Shown one piece after another: positions 23,143 to 34,212 of a stretch of 64,000 nt of DNA (position 1 is the first letter of the stretch; every line of letters starts with the position of its first letter). This DNA comes from an uncultured Nitrososphaeraceae archaeon (GTDB lineage: Archaea > Thermoproteota > Nitrososphaeria > Nitrososphaerales > Nitrososphaeraceae). The notes below the pieces were generated by a model that saw nothing but the letters and a program-made list of their open reading frames with translations, did not search any database and was not told the DNA's origin. A program made the translations under genes and the position numbers. The stretch is taken from contig CAVSMN010000007.1 of assembly GCA_963729045.1 (NCBI GenBank), positions 64,001 to 128,000 on the forward strand, written 5' to 3'.

Positions 23143-24270
23143 ATGAGTGGAAAAGATGACTATATTTTTAGAAAACAGAATTTATTGACAACCCAATCCG
23201 GGAGAAAGATTTTTAAAAGTGGCTTGATCAGGGACAAAAAATATACTTCATTCAAATTTTATCTTAATAAGTCAAAGAAGGAATATGATGGCTTTGTTCA
23301 AAGATACAAAGATGGTATATATGGATTAATAAAGTCTGATAATTCTCCCATCCAGACACACAGGGATTTCATAAAGGAGATTGGTGGCACTCATGAATTA
23401 GAGCTTTCCTCCCAAGAAATTGAAACTCTGAAGTTGAAGTTGGAAGATCCGGCTGATTTGTTTGACCGGATAAATAGAATACTTAATTCTAATTTCATAA
23501 AAATGACTTTTCCCGTATTTTATGCTCTTTTTGATGGATATGCTGAGAGTACGGGCTTAAACGATGACAAAATGAGAAATAATGTGATAGATGGACATTT
23601 GATTGCCATTGATTTGAGTGAGCCTATGGATAGGATTTTGGATAGAGATGAAGACCTTGATTATCTTGAAGACTACAAATTTATTAATCCGTACATACTT
23701 TTATTGGCAAAACAAAAGATAAGTGAAACAGCACCTGGAGTATTGGAAGAATTTCAATCTGGTTTTGATGACGCACTTTTAGGTCAACAAATCGATTATG
23801 AATTGAAAACCAAAAAACTTGAACTTACGTATGACAATTTAGAACGAAGTTACAAGAAATACCGATCAGTGCTCGGAACTGCCGGTAGAAATATGAGTCT
23901 TAATCAAAGGCCCTTGTCAGAAATTTATTATATAGGTATGGCAAAAGCTGCAGAGTGCGTTGGGTGTGGGAATGAGATCCAAGATGCAATTGTTACTAAG
24001 GGAATCAAGTCACCGTCGTGGCCTCTTTTTTATTCAAACCTTACTCATGATGTAAAATCAGGATTCAGGTTAACCTTGGAGAAGAGTAAAGCATATTTAT
24101 CTGAGGCATCATTGGCTTTAGAAATGCTAGATAATGATATAAAGATAAAGCCCTTTCTCGAATTTTTGTTCCTGACAGTTAGTCATTATAATGAATTCTG
24201 GTATAGGGAGCTTGTAACTAAAAGAGCCGATCTTCTACGTAAATTTCAGAACGAATTAGATAAAAAATAA
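23143..24270 (+). CDS. Hypothetical protein, possibly a degenerate isoprenoid-synthase fold
   Basis: 375-aa ORF; motif series DRILDRD / GQQID / GNEIQDAI / KSPSWP (see findings). Confidence 0.7.
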   Translation: MSGKDDYIFRKQNLLTTQSGRKIFKSGLIRDKKYTSFKFYLNKSKKEYDGFVQRYKDGIYGLIKSDNSPIQTHRDFIKEIGGTHELELSSQEIETLKLKLEDPADLFDRINRILNSNFIKMTFPVFYALFDGYAESTGLNDDKMRNNVIDGHLIAIDLSEPMDRILDRDEDLDYLEDYKFINPYILLLAKQKISETAPGVLEEFQSGFDDALLGQQIDYELKTKKLELTYDNLERSYKKYRSVLGTAGRNMSLNQRPLSEIYYIGMAKAAECVGCGNEIQDAIVTKGIKSPSWPLFYSNLTHDVKSGFRLTLEKSKAYLSEASLALEMLDNDIKIKPFLEFLFLTVSHYNEFWYRELVTKRADLLRKFQNELDKK

Positions 24271-24303
24271 TTTTTAGTTTAAAGAGATAGGCTGTAAGAA
24301 ATA

Positions 24304-25545
24304 ATGTGGGTAGAAAAATACCGAGTAAATGAATTTGACAGTTTTTTTGGGAATGAAAAATCAAGACTTCTAATCATAAATTGGCTAAAAAAGTGGATTA
24401 AGGGCACAAAACCACTTCTAATCATAGGACCTCCAGGGACTGGAAAGACTTCGTTCATAAAATCATTAGCTAAATTGCAAGATCTTGATTTGATTGAACT
24501 TAATGCAAGTGACCTTCGGAATAAACTTAATCTGGAGGCTATAATCAATCCGATCCTTCTAAACAGTAGTATTTTTGGAAAGCGGATGCTATTGTTTTTA
24601 GATGAGGTAGATGGCATCTCAGGAAGGGATGATTATGGTGGAATGCCATTCTTGTCAAACATATTAAAGATTGCTGATGTTCCGATAATTATGGCCTCCA
24701 ATTCAAAGAGTTATAAAATGAAAGAGATCATAAAAAATAGTAAGCTTGTTGAATTTAGACCCTTGTCGTCATTTGCAAGTTATATGTTGCTCCAAAATGT
24801 CATGAGGATGGAGAGAAAGCATTTAGAAAGTTCGGAGCAGTTTAAGATTATTAGTCAAAGTCGTGGCGATGCCAGGACCCTTTTGAATACTTTGCAAGCA
24901 AAGCTGGAAGGAGAAGTAGATTCAGATGGTAACACCGGTACTGAATTATCAATTGAAGAGTGTATTAACAAATTTTTTACTCTAACTGACATTTCACAAG
25001 CAAAACAATTATTGATAACATCCTCAATTCGTTACTCAACTCCAAAATACGGCTTTACCTCAGAGGAACGTAGCAAAGATTTCATAAATGCTTTGTATAC
25101 TAGCATTATTAGCAGTGAGAGAAATATACCATCAGATGATTTGGCAAATATGCTAGAAAAGCTTTCTGAGATTGATTTATTTATAAACCGGATTTATGAA
25201 AAACGAAATTGGAGCTTACTAAGATATGCCAACGACTTGTTCCTCCACAAATTATTTAGTATTAGTAGAGATAAGGCTATAGAATATAACCAATATTCCG
25301 TTCCCTTCTCATCAATGGGTCCAATATTTATGAGGGGGCAATCATTAAGACCTCTTAGAACAGAACTATCAAAGATTTTTCATACAAGCGTATCAAAAAT
25401 TGGTCTTTTCTATTATTCCAACTTCATTGTGATTCTGAAAAATCTAGCGATTCAAGATCTTGATTTTGATAGTCCTGATAACTTAAAGTTAAATGAAGTC
25501 ATAAACAAGGAAATTGAAAAACAATCAAACAAAACAAAACTTTAA
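24304..25545 (+). CDS. rfcL: Replication factor C large subunit
   Basis: MWVEKYR, GPPGTGKT, IELNASDLR, LDEVDG, GDAR. Confidence 0.9.
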   Translation: MWVEKYRVNEFDSFFGNEKSRLLIINWLKKWIKGTKPLLIIGPPGTGKTSFIKSLAKLQDLDLIELNASDLRNKLNLEAIINPILLNSSIFGKRMLLFLDEVDGISGRDDYGGMPFLSNILKIADVPIIMASNSKSYKMKEIIKNSKLVEFRPLSSFASYMLLQNVMRMERKHLESSEQFKIISQSRGDARTLLNTLQAKLEGEVDSDGNTGTELSIEECINKFFTLTDISQAKQLLITSSIRYSTPKYGFTSEERSKDFINALYTSIISSERNIPSDDLANMLEKLSEIDLFINRIYEKRNWSLLRYANDLFLHKLFSISRDKAIEYNQYSVPFSSMGPIFMRGQSLRPLRTELSKIFHTSVSKIGLFYYSNFIVILKNLAIQDLDFDSPDNLKLNEVINKEIEKQSNKTKL

Positions 25546-25583
25546 ACAATGGATCTGGTTCTCATACTTAAATAGATTCTACA

Positions 25584-26037
25584 ATGGACAAGGATCCTTT
25601 ACTAGCCCGTGATTGGATAAAGATGACTATGAAATTTCCAGGGTTTTGTTTAATTTGCAAACAGAGGATCAACCCCGGAGTAAGTGGGTTATTGGTCTAG
25701 GACAGCTAAATCAATCCTCCATGAAGATTGTTATAATCTTTCTGGTCTTCATGCTAAAAAGAATCAAGATTCGTTAAACAACAATCCGGTTCAGAGCAAA
25801 AATAATGGGGACAACCTACTCGCCGACTTTATCACCCAACGAGAAAATAAGGAAAAGTGTTTCATTTGCGGTAGTCAGATAGATTTTCAAGAGAGTTTGA
25901 TATTGACACTATTAAAACTTGAACGAAATATTAGTACTATTGAAACAATTTTTTGTTCAACGTGCTTATCTCGCTCAGATCTTCATATATTTGAAGAATA
26001 CAAGCATGCCTTCTCAAAAAATTTAAAATCCGGTTAG
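25584..26037 (+). CDS. Cys-rich double Zn-finger-like protein; +1 frameshift near 25681
   Basis: Upstream frame MDKDPLLARDWIKMTMKFPGFCLICKQRINPG joins (E)VGYWSR..HEDC..CFICG..CSTC. Confidence 0.7.
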
Positions 26038-26104
26038 CATAGTCTATTTTACGCTTTTAAAAAGATTAAAATGTATAATCCTATACGATATGAACTAGTG
26101 ATAT

Positions 26105-26335
26105 ATGTTGTCAAGTGAATATGAATATAATGTTAGTAAGCTCTTGGCAGAAAAAGTAAAAAGATTACAAGATTTGCAAAATTCAGATAAATCTTCTAAT
26201 TATGAAAAAGATTTCTTAAGGATGGAAATCGAAACCCTTGAATCCTTATATGAAAATTACAACCTTGGTTTGAATTATTTTAGACGGGCTAAGGGAGGCA
26301 GGAATGGGTTACGTGAACTTCGAGAAAAGGACTAA
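26105..26335 (+). CDS. Small helical hypothetical protein
   Basis: 76-aa ATG ORF with own AT-rich upstream region. Confidence 0.6.
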   Translation: MLSSEYEYNVSKLLAEKVKRLQDLQNSDKSSNYEKDFLRMEIETLESLYENYNLGLNYFRRAKGGRNGLRELREKD

Positions 26336-26422
26336 ATAAATCCGCATGGTTCATAAAATGAATCAGCAATTATTCAAAGCAAAATCTATATTTAATACTA
26401 TAAAGGATTAAAAACATAATAT

Positions 26423-27967
26423 ATGCGTGAGGAAAAACTAAAACAATATTACGACCGAAAACACAGTGCTGAAGCAGGTGGAGGTCCAGATAAAGTTGAA
26501 TCTCAGCATTCCAAGGGGAAGCTAACTGCGAGAGAGCGCATAAATCTTTTATTAGATCCAAATACATTTACTGAAATTGACAAATTTGTAACTCATCGAG
26601 GTGATGACCCTGAAGTAAAAAAATATTACGGTGATGGTTTGATAACTGGTTTTGGCACCATTAACGGTAGAAAAGTGTTCATCTACGTTTATGATTTTAC
26701 TGTTTTGGGTGGTTCATTAGGAGAAATGGCTGGAAAAAAGGTATCTAAAGTTATGACACACGCACTAAAGGTGGGATGTCCTATTATTGGTATTCTTGAT
26801 TCAGGCGGGGCAAGGATCCAAGAGGGTGTATCAAGTCTAGATGGCTATGGTGATATTTTTCTCAAGAATGCTCTTGCTTCGGGTGTTATACCTCAAATAA
26901 CTGCTAGTATTGGACCGTGCGCTGGTGGAGCTGTGTATTCTCCAGCGATGACAGATTTTGTTATAATGGTTGAAAATATAGGACAAATGTTTGTGACAGG
27001 ACCAGAAGTTGTAAAAGAAGTCCTTAGTCAAGAAGTTACCTTCGAGGATTTGGGAGGTGCTAGAACTCATGCTACAAAATCAGGAGTTGCACATTTCGTA
27101 GCGAAGGACGAGGTTGACTGTATGGATAAGATTAAAACATTGCTCTCTTACCTTCCTCAAAATAATAAAGAAGAACCCGAAATTTTAGCAGATGATGTTG
27201 ACGACCCTAACCGTCTGGATACTAATTTGATAAATGTATTGCCTGACAATCCATATCAATCTTATGATATGAAGGAAATCATTGCTGCTATTGTTGATAA
27301 TGGTAATTTCTTCGAAGTTCACGAACTCTTTGCAGAAAACATAGTGGTTGGATTTGCAAGGATGGGTGGTAGGTCTGTAGGTATCATTGCAAATCAGCCT
27401 TTATTTTTAGCAGGTGCATTGGATATACACTCTTCTAATAAGGCTGCAAGATTTGTTAGATTTTGTGATTCATTTAATATTCCTATAATTACGCTTGTAG
27501 ATACCCCTGGATATTTACCGGGAGCTGATCAAGAACACAATGGAATTATCAGGCATGGAAGTAAACTTTTATTCGCATATTGTGAGGCAACTGTTCCAAA
27601 AATTACTTGTATTATCGGCAAAGCATATGGAGGAGCTTATATTGCGATGGGCAGTAAGAATCTTGGTACAGATTTGAACATCGCATGGCCAACAGCTGAA
27701 ATCGCAGTGCTAGGGCCAGAAGCAGCCATTACTATTATACATAGGAAAAGTCTAAAAGATTCTCCTGATGCAGCAAGCAAAAAGAAAAGTTTGGCAAAAG
27801 AGTATCGAAACAAGTTTGCAAACCCATACATTGCTGCAGAAAGAGGAACAATTGATTCTGTTATTGATCCTATGGAAACCAGACCATTAATAATAAGCGC
27901 CCTCAACGCCCTTTCTAACAAAAAAGAGAGTAGACCATGGAAAAAGCATGGGAATATCAATTTGTAG
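26423..27967 (+). CDS. pccB: Acetyl/propionyl-CoA carboxylase carboxyltransferase subunit (3HP/4HB cycle)
   Basis: GKLTARERI, DSGGARIQEG, GPCAGGAVYSPA, KAYGGAY, KKHGNINL. Confidence 0.95.
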   Translation: MREEKLKQYYDRKHSAEAGGGPDKVESQHSKGKLTARERINLLLDPNTFTEIDKFVTHRGDDPEVKKYYGDGLITGFGTINGRKVFIYVYDFTVLGGSLGEMAGKKVSKVMTHALKVGCPIIGILDSGGARIQEGVSSLDGYGDIFLKNALASGVIPQITASIGPCAGGAVYSPAMTDFVIMVENIGQMFVTGPEVVKEVLSQEVTFEDLGGARTHATKSGVAHFVAKDEVDCMDKIKTLLSYLPQNNKEEPEILADDVDDPNRLDTNLINVLPDNPYQSYDMKEIIAAIVDNGNFFEVHELFAENIVVGFARMGGRSVGIIANQPLFLAGALDIHSSNKAARFVRFCDSFNIPIITLVDTPGYLPGADQEHNGIIRHGSKLLFAYCEATVPKITCIIGKAYGGAYIAMGSKNLGTDLNIAWPTAEIAVLGPEAAITIIHRKSLKDSPDAASKKKSLAKEYRNKFANPYIAAERGTIDSVIDPMETRPLIISALNALSNKKESRPWKKHGNINL

Positions 27968-27979
27968 ATAGGTGATTGG

Positions 27980-29488
27980 ATGTCAAAACAAATAACCAGT
28001 ATATTGATTGCAAACCGTGGAGAGATCGCCCTAAGAATCATTAGAGCCTGCAAGGAACTTGAAATAAAGTCAGTTTCTGTATATTCGGATGAAGATAAGA
28101 ATTCTATCCATGTTAAACGAGCTGATGAGGCATATCATATTGGACCCGCAGCTCCTGCTCAAAGTTACCTGAACATGAACCGCATTATGGAAGTTGCTGC
28201 AAAAGCAGGGGTGGACGCGATACATCCAGGATATGGATTTCTTTCAGAAAATGAAACTTTTGCTGAATTATGTGAGAAGAACAATATTATTTTCATCGGG
28301 CCAAAGAGTCTAGCTATGGAGCTGACTGGAGATAAAATGAAGTGTAAGCGCATAATGAAACAGGCTGAAGTTCCCACAGTTCCGGGTAGTGAAGGAGTTA
28401 TTGATGACGTTGATAAAGCAGTCGAAATTGCAAATGAAGCTGGATACCCAGTTTTACTAAAATCTGCATACGGTGGGGGTGGACGCGGTATCAGACTTGC
28501 GAAGGACGAAAAAGAGTTGAGGCAAGAATTTGAAATGGCTTCAGCAGAGTCGAAAGCTGCGTTTGGCAAGGCGGCTTTATTTGTGGAAAAGTTTCTGGAG
28601 AAAATTCGCCATATTGAATTTCAATTGGTTAGGGATTCCCACGGTAACACCAGACATTTGTTTGAACGAGAATGTTCCATTCAAAGAAGACATCAAAAAT
28701 TAATTGAGATGTCTCCCTCTCCTATAATGACCTCTGAAAAGAGAAATGAAATTGGGGAGATAGCAAAGAGAGCTGCTGATGCAGTTGACTATCTAAATGC
28801 GGGAACAGCAGAATTTCTGTGCGATCCTCAAGGCAATTATTACTTTATTGAGATTAATTCTAGATTGCAGGTTGAACATCCTGTAACCGAGCTTGTTACG
28901 GGCCTAGATTTGGTAAAATTGCAAATATCGATTGCAAATGGCGAACCAATCCCCTTTAAGCAACATGATCTCGCATTTCATGGAGCCGCAATAGAATGTC
29001 GTATTAATGCAGAAGATCCATTCTATGACTTTGCACCTTCAGTAGGTAAAGTACCTTATTGCAATTTGCCATATGGCCCAGGCATACGTGTGGATACTTA
29101 TTTGTATCCTGGATGCACCGTATCAGGCTTTTATGACTCTTTAACCGCTAAGCTAATATCTTGGGGATCATCATTTGATGAATCGCGTCGAAGAATGAGA
29201 AATGCGTTAGATGAGTTCATGATTGAGGGAATAAATACTACTATCCCATTGTACAAAACAATAATGAATGATGAACACTTTATTAATGGTGATTTGTCAA
29301 CAGATTACCTTGATAGGTATTCTATCATAGAGAAAATGAGAAAAGAATTAAAGGCTAAGAATTCTGATAGACAAAATAGACTATTACCGGCGGTTGCATC
29401 TGCGATCATTCAAACCGAAAATGTGAAACGTCCCACTAAAAGGGATCATTCTGTTCAGAATATCTGGAAATTTGGCGGAGTTGCTTGA
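27980..29488 (+). CDS. accC: Biotin carboxylase subunit
   Basis: LIANRGEIA, HPGYGFLSEN, GGGGRG, RECSIQRRHQKL, RLQVEH. Confidence 0.97.
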   Translation: MSKQITSILIANRGEIALRIIRACKELEIKSVSVYSDEDKNSIHVKRADEAYHIGPAAPAQSYLNMNRIMEVAAKAGVDAIHPGYGFLSENETFAELCEKNNIIFIGPKSLAMELTGDKMKCKRIMKQAEVPTVPGSEGVIDDVDKAVEIANEAGYPVLLKSAYGGGGRGIRLAKDEKELRQEFEMASAESKAAFGKAALFVEKFLEKIRHIEFQLVRDSHGNTRHLFERECSIQRRHQKLIEMSPSPIMTSEKRNEIGEIAKRAADAVDYLNAGTAEFLCDPQGNYYFIEINSRLQVEHPVTELVTGLDLVKLQISIANGEPIPFKQHDLAFHGAAIECRINAEDPFYDFAPSVGKVPYCNLPYGPGIRVDTYLYPGCTVSGFYDSLTAKLISWGSSFDESRRRMRNALDEFMIEGINTTIPLYKTIMNDEHFINGDLSTDYLDRYSIIEKMRKELKAKNSDRQNRLLPAVASAIIQTENVKRPTKRDHSVQNIWKFGGVA

Positions 29489-29494
29489 AATAGA

Positions 29495-30007
29495 ATGGAA
29501 ATAAAGGTTAATGATATACAAGAAGAATTTGAAGGTAAAATTATAGGTTTTGATAAGGACGGTAATTTAGTTGTCCAAATTAATGGATCAGATCACCTCA
29601 TAAAGGTATTAGATATGAAATCAGATAAATTTGAATTCTTGTTTGACAATGCTTTCCATGAAATTAAGATTCTTGAAGTCACAAGTACAGAATTAAAGAT
29701 ATTATTAGATGGGCAATCAATGTCGCTCAAGAAACATGCAAAATTAACTGAAATAATTGAAAAATCAAGAGCCAATACAGGAGGTGCCACTTCCCTTAAT
29801 ACAATATCCAGTCAGATACCGGGAAGGGTTATATCAATTTCAGTAAATAAAGGTGATGCTGTCAAACAGGGGGATAATATTGTGGTTTTGGAATCTATGA
29901 AAATGCAAGTTGCCATCAAGTCGCCTAGAGATGGGACGGTAAGAGATCTCAAAGTTAAAGAAGGTCAGAGTATATCAAGAAATGATGTTGTAGCAATTCT
30001 TGATTAA
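29495..30007 (+). CDS. accB: Biotin carboxyl carrier protein
   Basis: LESMKM biotinylation motif, IPGRV, G.V..L.V..G. Confidence 0.95.
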   Translation: MEIKVNDIQEEFEGKIIGFDKDGNLVVQINGSDHLIKVLDMKSDKFEFLFDNAFHEIKILEVTSTELKILLDGQSMSLKKHAKLTEIIEKSRANTGGATSLNTISSQIPGRVISISVNKGDAVKQGDNIVVLESMKMQVAIKSPRDGTVRDLKVKEGQSISRNDVVAILD

Positions 30008-30078
30008 CATACCCATTTTCTTGTCTATAGTTACCGCACTTGATTAATCATTTTAACAAATTAAAGAAAATCTGATTT

Positions 30079-30591
30079 TTATGCGATTATGGTCTTGATT
30101 TCTTCATAATTGGGTTCGATAAGGGGGTTGTCTGTTACCCATTTGTATACTATCTTATGGTTGTTATTGTCCACAATGAATATGGATCTTTTAGCTACTT
30201 TGAAATCTCTTAATTTACCTAAACTAGGCATCACAACATTGTATTGTTCGATTACTTCTCTATTATAGTCGCTTAAAACTGGAAAGTTTAGGTTATGGTG
30301 TTCAGCAAAAACTTTATTTGCAAAAGGACTATCAACCGATATTCCCAAGATAATTATGTTTTCTTTTTTTAAGCTACTAAGAGTATCTCTGAAATTGCAC
30401 ATTTCCACGGTACAGACTGGAGAACCTGCGGCCGGAAAGAAAGCCAAGATTGTCAACCCTTCTTTATTGGCTGATAATTTATGAACTTCCTGATTCGTGT
30501 CTAAAAGCTCAAAGTCTGGTGCCTTATCGCCCACATTCATATTCTTGCTATTAGTTTCACTATTCAAATTATTTTTCTGGTTCGAAGACAT
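30079..30591 (-). CDS. Peroxiredoxin (BCP/PrxQ-like)
   Basis: GDKAPDFEL, FFPAAGSPVCTVEMC, GISVD, KRSIFIVD. Confidence 0.92.
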   Translation of the reverse strand: MSSNQKNNLNSETNSKNMNVGDKAPDFELLDTNQEVHKLSANKEGLTILAFFPAAGSPVCTVEMCNFRDTLSSLKKENIIILGISVDSPFANKVFAEHHNLNFPVLSDYNREVIEQYNVVMPSLGKLRDFKVAKRSIFIVDNNNHKIVYKWVTDNPLIEPNYEEIKTIIA

Positions 30592-30706
30592 ATTATGATA
30601 ATATGTGATTAGCATTAAAAAGAACCTTTCTATATTACTATCAGCAATTTAAGGCATAACCATTATTTAGAATGCTATGCAGAAGATATAGCCATACACC
30701 TTTGCT

Positions 30707-31916
30707 TTATACAAAAACATCCCCGTTTATTTTTCTAAATTCTATGATTAGATTTTTTAAAGTATCAACAGCAATTTTCAATTCCTCTAGAGTATTTTGG
30801 TATCCTATGGAAAACCTTATCGAACCACTTACCTGATCAAAAGTCAAACCTAGAGCTTTTAGAACATGAGATTCTTTTTGTTTCTTGTTTGAAGAACAAG
30901 CAGAACCTGTAGAAGCCTCGATACCATATTCATCTAGTTTTATCAACAAGTTTTCTCCATTTATTCCAGGAAAAGAAAAGTTAACATTGTTAGAAATTCG
31001 ATTCTCAATTGATCCATTTAATATGGACCCTGGTATTTCATTGATTATTCTGTAAATCATGTATCTCTGAAGTTCCTTAATTTTGATTTGGGCGGATTCT
31101 AGTTTCTCTTTCCAAATTTCGCATGCTTTGCCAAAGCCAACAATGGCACTTACATTCTCTGTTCCTGATCTCAGATTCATTTCTTGTCCACCACCAAAAA
31201 TTATCGGCTTAATATGCATTCCTTGTTTTATGAATAGCGCTCCGATCCCTTTTGGCCCATTTATCTTATGAGATGAAATCGTCATCATGTCTATTTTCAA
31301 GTCATTAACATTTATTGGAATCTTGCCAAGGGCTTGGACTGCATCTGAATGAAAAATAGTGTTATTATTTTTTGCTTTTGCAATTTCAACCATAGATTCT
31401 GATGGGTTGAATAGTTCCTATCTCGTTATTTGCTAGCATTATACTAATCAAACTGGTTTTTGGTGATACCAATTCCCTAAAAATATCTAAATCAATCAAT
31501 CCATCATTCTTTATGGGTACATAATCTACCTCAAATTCCATATCCTTCTCTATGAATTTAATAGTCTCTATTATTGAATCATGTTCTATTTTGGATATCA
31601 ATAATCTTTTACTTGTTGGTTTTAGAGTGGATATCAGTCTAGCACATCCGATCAGGGCCAAGTTATTAGATTCAGTCCCACCAGAGGTAAAATAAATTTC
31701 GTTAGATTTGGAGCCGATTAATTTAGATATCCGTACTCGGGCCTTAGAAATGGCGATAGTAGACTTTCTACCCAACCCATGAAGTGATGAAGGGTTACCA
31801 TAGAAACTGGTTAAAAATGGCAGCATTTCATTTATTACATTAACGTCAATCGGAGAGGAAGATGCATTATCCAGATAAATGGGTTCCTTGGTTTTAGTAC
31901 GATTATTTTTTGACAT
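30707..31916 (-). CDS. iscS: Cysteine desulfurase (IscS/NifS class I); +1 frameshift near 31400
   Basis: YLDNASS, FTSGGTESNN, ANNEIGTIQP, HSDAVQA, SSHKINGPKG, STGSACSS. Confidence 0.93.
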
Positions 31917-32785
31917 ATTTATCTATTGTTATTATCTCATTCTCATTCTGTTTTCTTGTATCTTTTTTTCCGTAACCTTCCAGATCTAAAGTGACATGTT
32001 TAAAGCCTAACTCTTTGATCTCAAATACTATTTTATCAATTTTGTCAAGATCGTATAACTTGATGATTTCACTCTTCTCTACCTCAATTCTCAGCTATTG
32101 TGTCATGATCTCTTACTCTAACCTGTCTTACATCCGATAATCTTTTTATTATTATCTCACATCTTTCAATGCGTTTTAATTTGATAGAATTAATTTCCGT
32201 TCCGTGAGGAACCCGTGACGCCAAGCATGAATTCGAAGGTTTATCATGAACAGATAAATTATTGATTTTGGCAAAGTGACGCACTTCCTTCTTGCCCAAT
32301 CCAATTTCCAATAGGGGACTCTTGATCCCATTAGAATGCAGTGCGACCATTCCTGGCCTATCATCATCTAAGTCATCAAGATTAGTACCATCTACGATCA
32401 GAGTGATATTTTTCTCTTTAGCTAACTTTAGCAAATTAATGGCCAGCTCATTTCTGCAGTGAAAGCAACGAAGTTTATCGTTCTTGGTGAAATTTGGATT
32501 ATCTAATTCGTTGTATTCTAGTAAAAGATGAATTACATCAATCTCTTTGGCCACTTTTTTAGCTGTTTCTAATTCTTCGTTTGCCAAAGTCTGATAATTT
32601 GCTGTGATTGCCAGAACCTTTTCTTTTCCAAGTGCCTGTCTTGCTGCGAGGGTCACTAATGCGCTATCTACTCCTCCGGATAGGGCGACTAGAACTTTAC
32701 AATTTCTGGATTTAAACCAATTAATTAGTAGATAATATTTACTTTGGTTTGAATCCTCCTCACTCTTGATTGAATTAATCGACAT
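31903..32785 (-). CDS. larE: LarE, ATP-dependent sulfur transferase for the nickel-pincer nucleotide cofactor; +1 frameshift near 32091
   Basis: SGGVDS, RCFHCR, DGTNLDD..DRPG, KPSNSCLASR, QVRVRDH; shifted frame gives RIEV...LGFKHVTLDLEGY to TAA at 31903. Confidence 0.92.
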
Positions 32786-32795
32786 CTAAGATCAG

Positions 32796-34055
32796 CTATA
32801 TATCGTATAGATTCCTTTGAAATATTAAATTATTGACTGTTTCCATCGTCTTCCTCAAAGAAAGGCCAAGCTTGTTTGCGATTTCTCTAATATTATCAAA
32901 CTCTGGTTTTACGTTAATTATTCTTCCTTGCTGATCCTTTGATATCTTTACACTTATGACATATTCATGATTTTCAATTATGATAGGGAGCAGTACACTA
33001 AACCGTTCCAGTTTATACCTTTCATTTGTTGTTTTTCTAATACCTAATGTTCCTGTCTCATTAAAAATCCATTCAATGATATTTTTTTCAATGTCCTCGG
33101 AACAAATAACCTTGAGAATATGTACTGGTCTGTTCTTCTTAGTTATTCCGTTTACCATTGTGACATCCTTCACTCCTACATCCTGTTTTGATAACTTTTC
33201 TACCAAATCACCAATCATCTCACCGGTCATATCATCAATATTTGTCTCAAGAACCGATACTGTATCTGAATGTATGGAGTAGTGAATATTCGATTTTCCA
33301 ATAGAAATTCTTAATATGTTAGGAATACCCTCAAATTTCTTAAATCCAGCACCATATCCTATCTTATGAGGTATAAATTCAGGATATGTACTAATAATTT
33401 TGGGATTCAATCCTGCTAATATTGCTGCTCCAGTAGGGGTAGTTATTTCAGAGTGCACTGGACCTCCAGTTATTGGTAGCTCTAAAATCCTAAAAATTTC
33501 CAACACTGCGTTTGTAGGATTTGGAATCGTTCCATGTGAGAATTGGGTTGTTCCTCCTCCAACAGCAACCTTAGTAGAATAAAAAGTTGTATCGAAAAAT
33601 AAATCCAAGTCATCCAGAGCAGTTGCACTTCCAATTAAATCTGCAGCCGTGTCAAGGCTAGACGACTCGTGGAGGTGCAAGTCTCTAACTTCTCTACCGT
33701 GAATTCTTGCCTCTACTCTAATTATAGTTTTTATCGTCTCCATTACAAATTTTTTTGCCATTTCAGAAAGATTTGTAACATTGCAGCTATCGGCCAAAAT
33801 TCTTAACATCTCAGAGGCATTTCGTTCCAATGATTTCTCTTCAATCTCAAAAAGAAATTTTGTTGCCCTTATTCCATTTGATTCAGAATTTATGAATTCT
33901 ATCTTTTTTATTCTCGTATCGGAAAATAGTTTCTCTATACTCTTTATGTTATTTATGATTCTGTTCTTATTGGCACCACAATCCACCAAAGCAGATAAGA
34001 ACATATCTCCTGAAATTCCTGCAACCTGTGGATCAATTACAACTACTTTTCTCAA
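32796..34055 (-). CDS. larC: LarC nickel insertase (fused C1+C2)
   Basis: AGISGDMFLSAL, EARIHG..LHLHE, EITTPTGAA, LETNIDD, KKNRP, ETGTLGIR; TTG start inferred. Confidence 0.93.
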   Translation of the reverse strand: MRKVVVIDPQVAGISGDMFLSALVDCGANKNRIINNIKSIEKLFSDTRIKKIEFINSESNGIRATKFLFEIEEKSLERNASEMLRILADSCNVTNLSEMAKKFVMETIKTIIRVEARIHGREVRDLHLHESSSLDTAADLIGSATALDDLDLFFDTTFYSTKVAVGGGTTQFSHGTIPNPTNAVLEIFRILELPITGGPVHSEITTPTGAAILAGLNPKIISTYPEFIPHKIGYGAGFKKFEGIPNILRISIGKSNIHYSIHSDTVSVLETNIDDMTGEMIGDLVEKLSKQDVGVKDVTMVNGITKKNRPVHILKVICSEDIEKNIIEWIFNETGTLGIRKTTNERYKLERFSVLLPIIIENHEYVISVKISKDQQGRIINVKPEFDNIREIANKLGLSLRKTMETVNNLIFQRNLYDI

Positions 34056-34212
34056 ATATAATTTTATTATATAGACTCCTCTATAATGGGTTTTATAGTC
34101 CAGATAATTAATCACGGATCGAATGCCTCGATAAGACATTGATATGATTATTAAATCTTTGAATATTAGGAGAATTTAAAACTATAAATAAAAAAAATAA
34201 TGTCACATTTGT

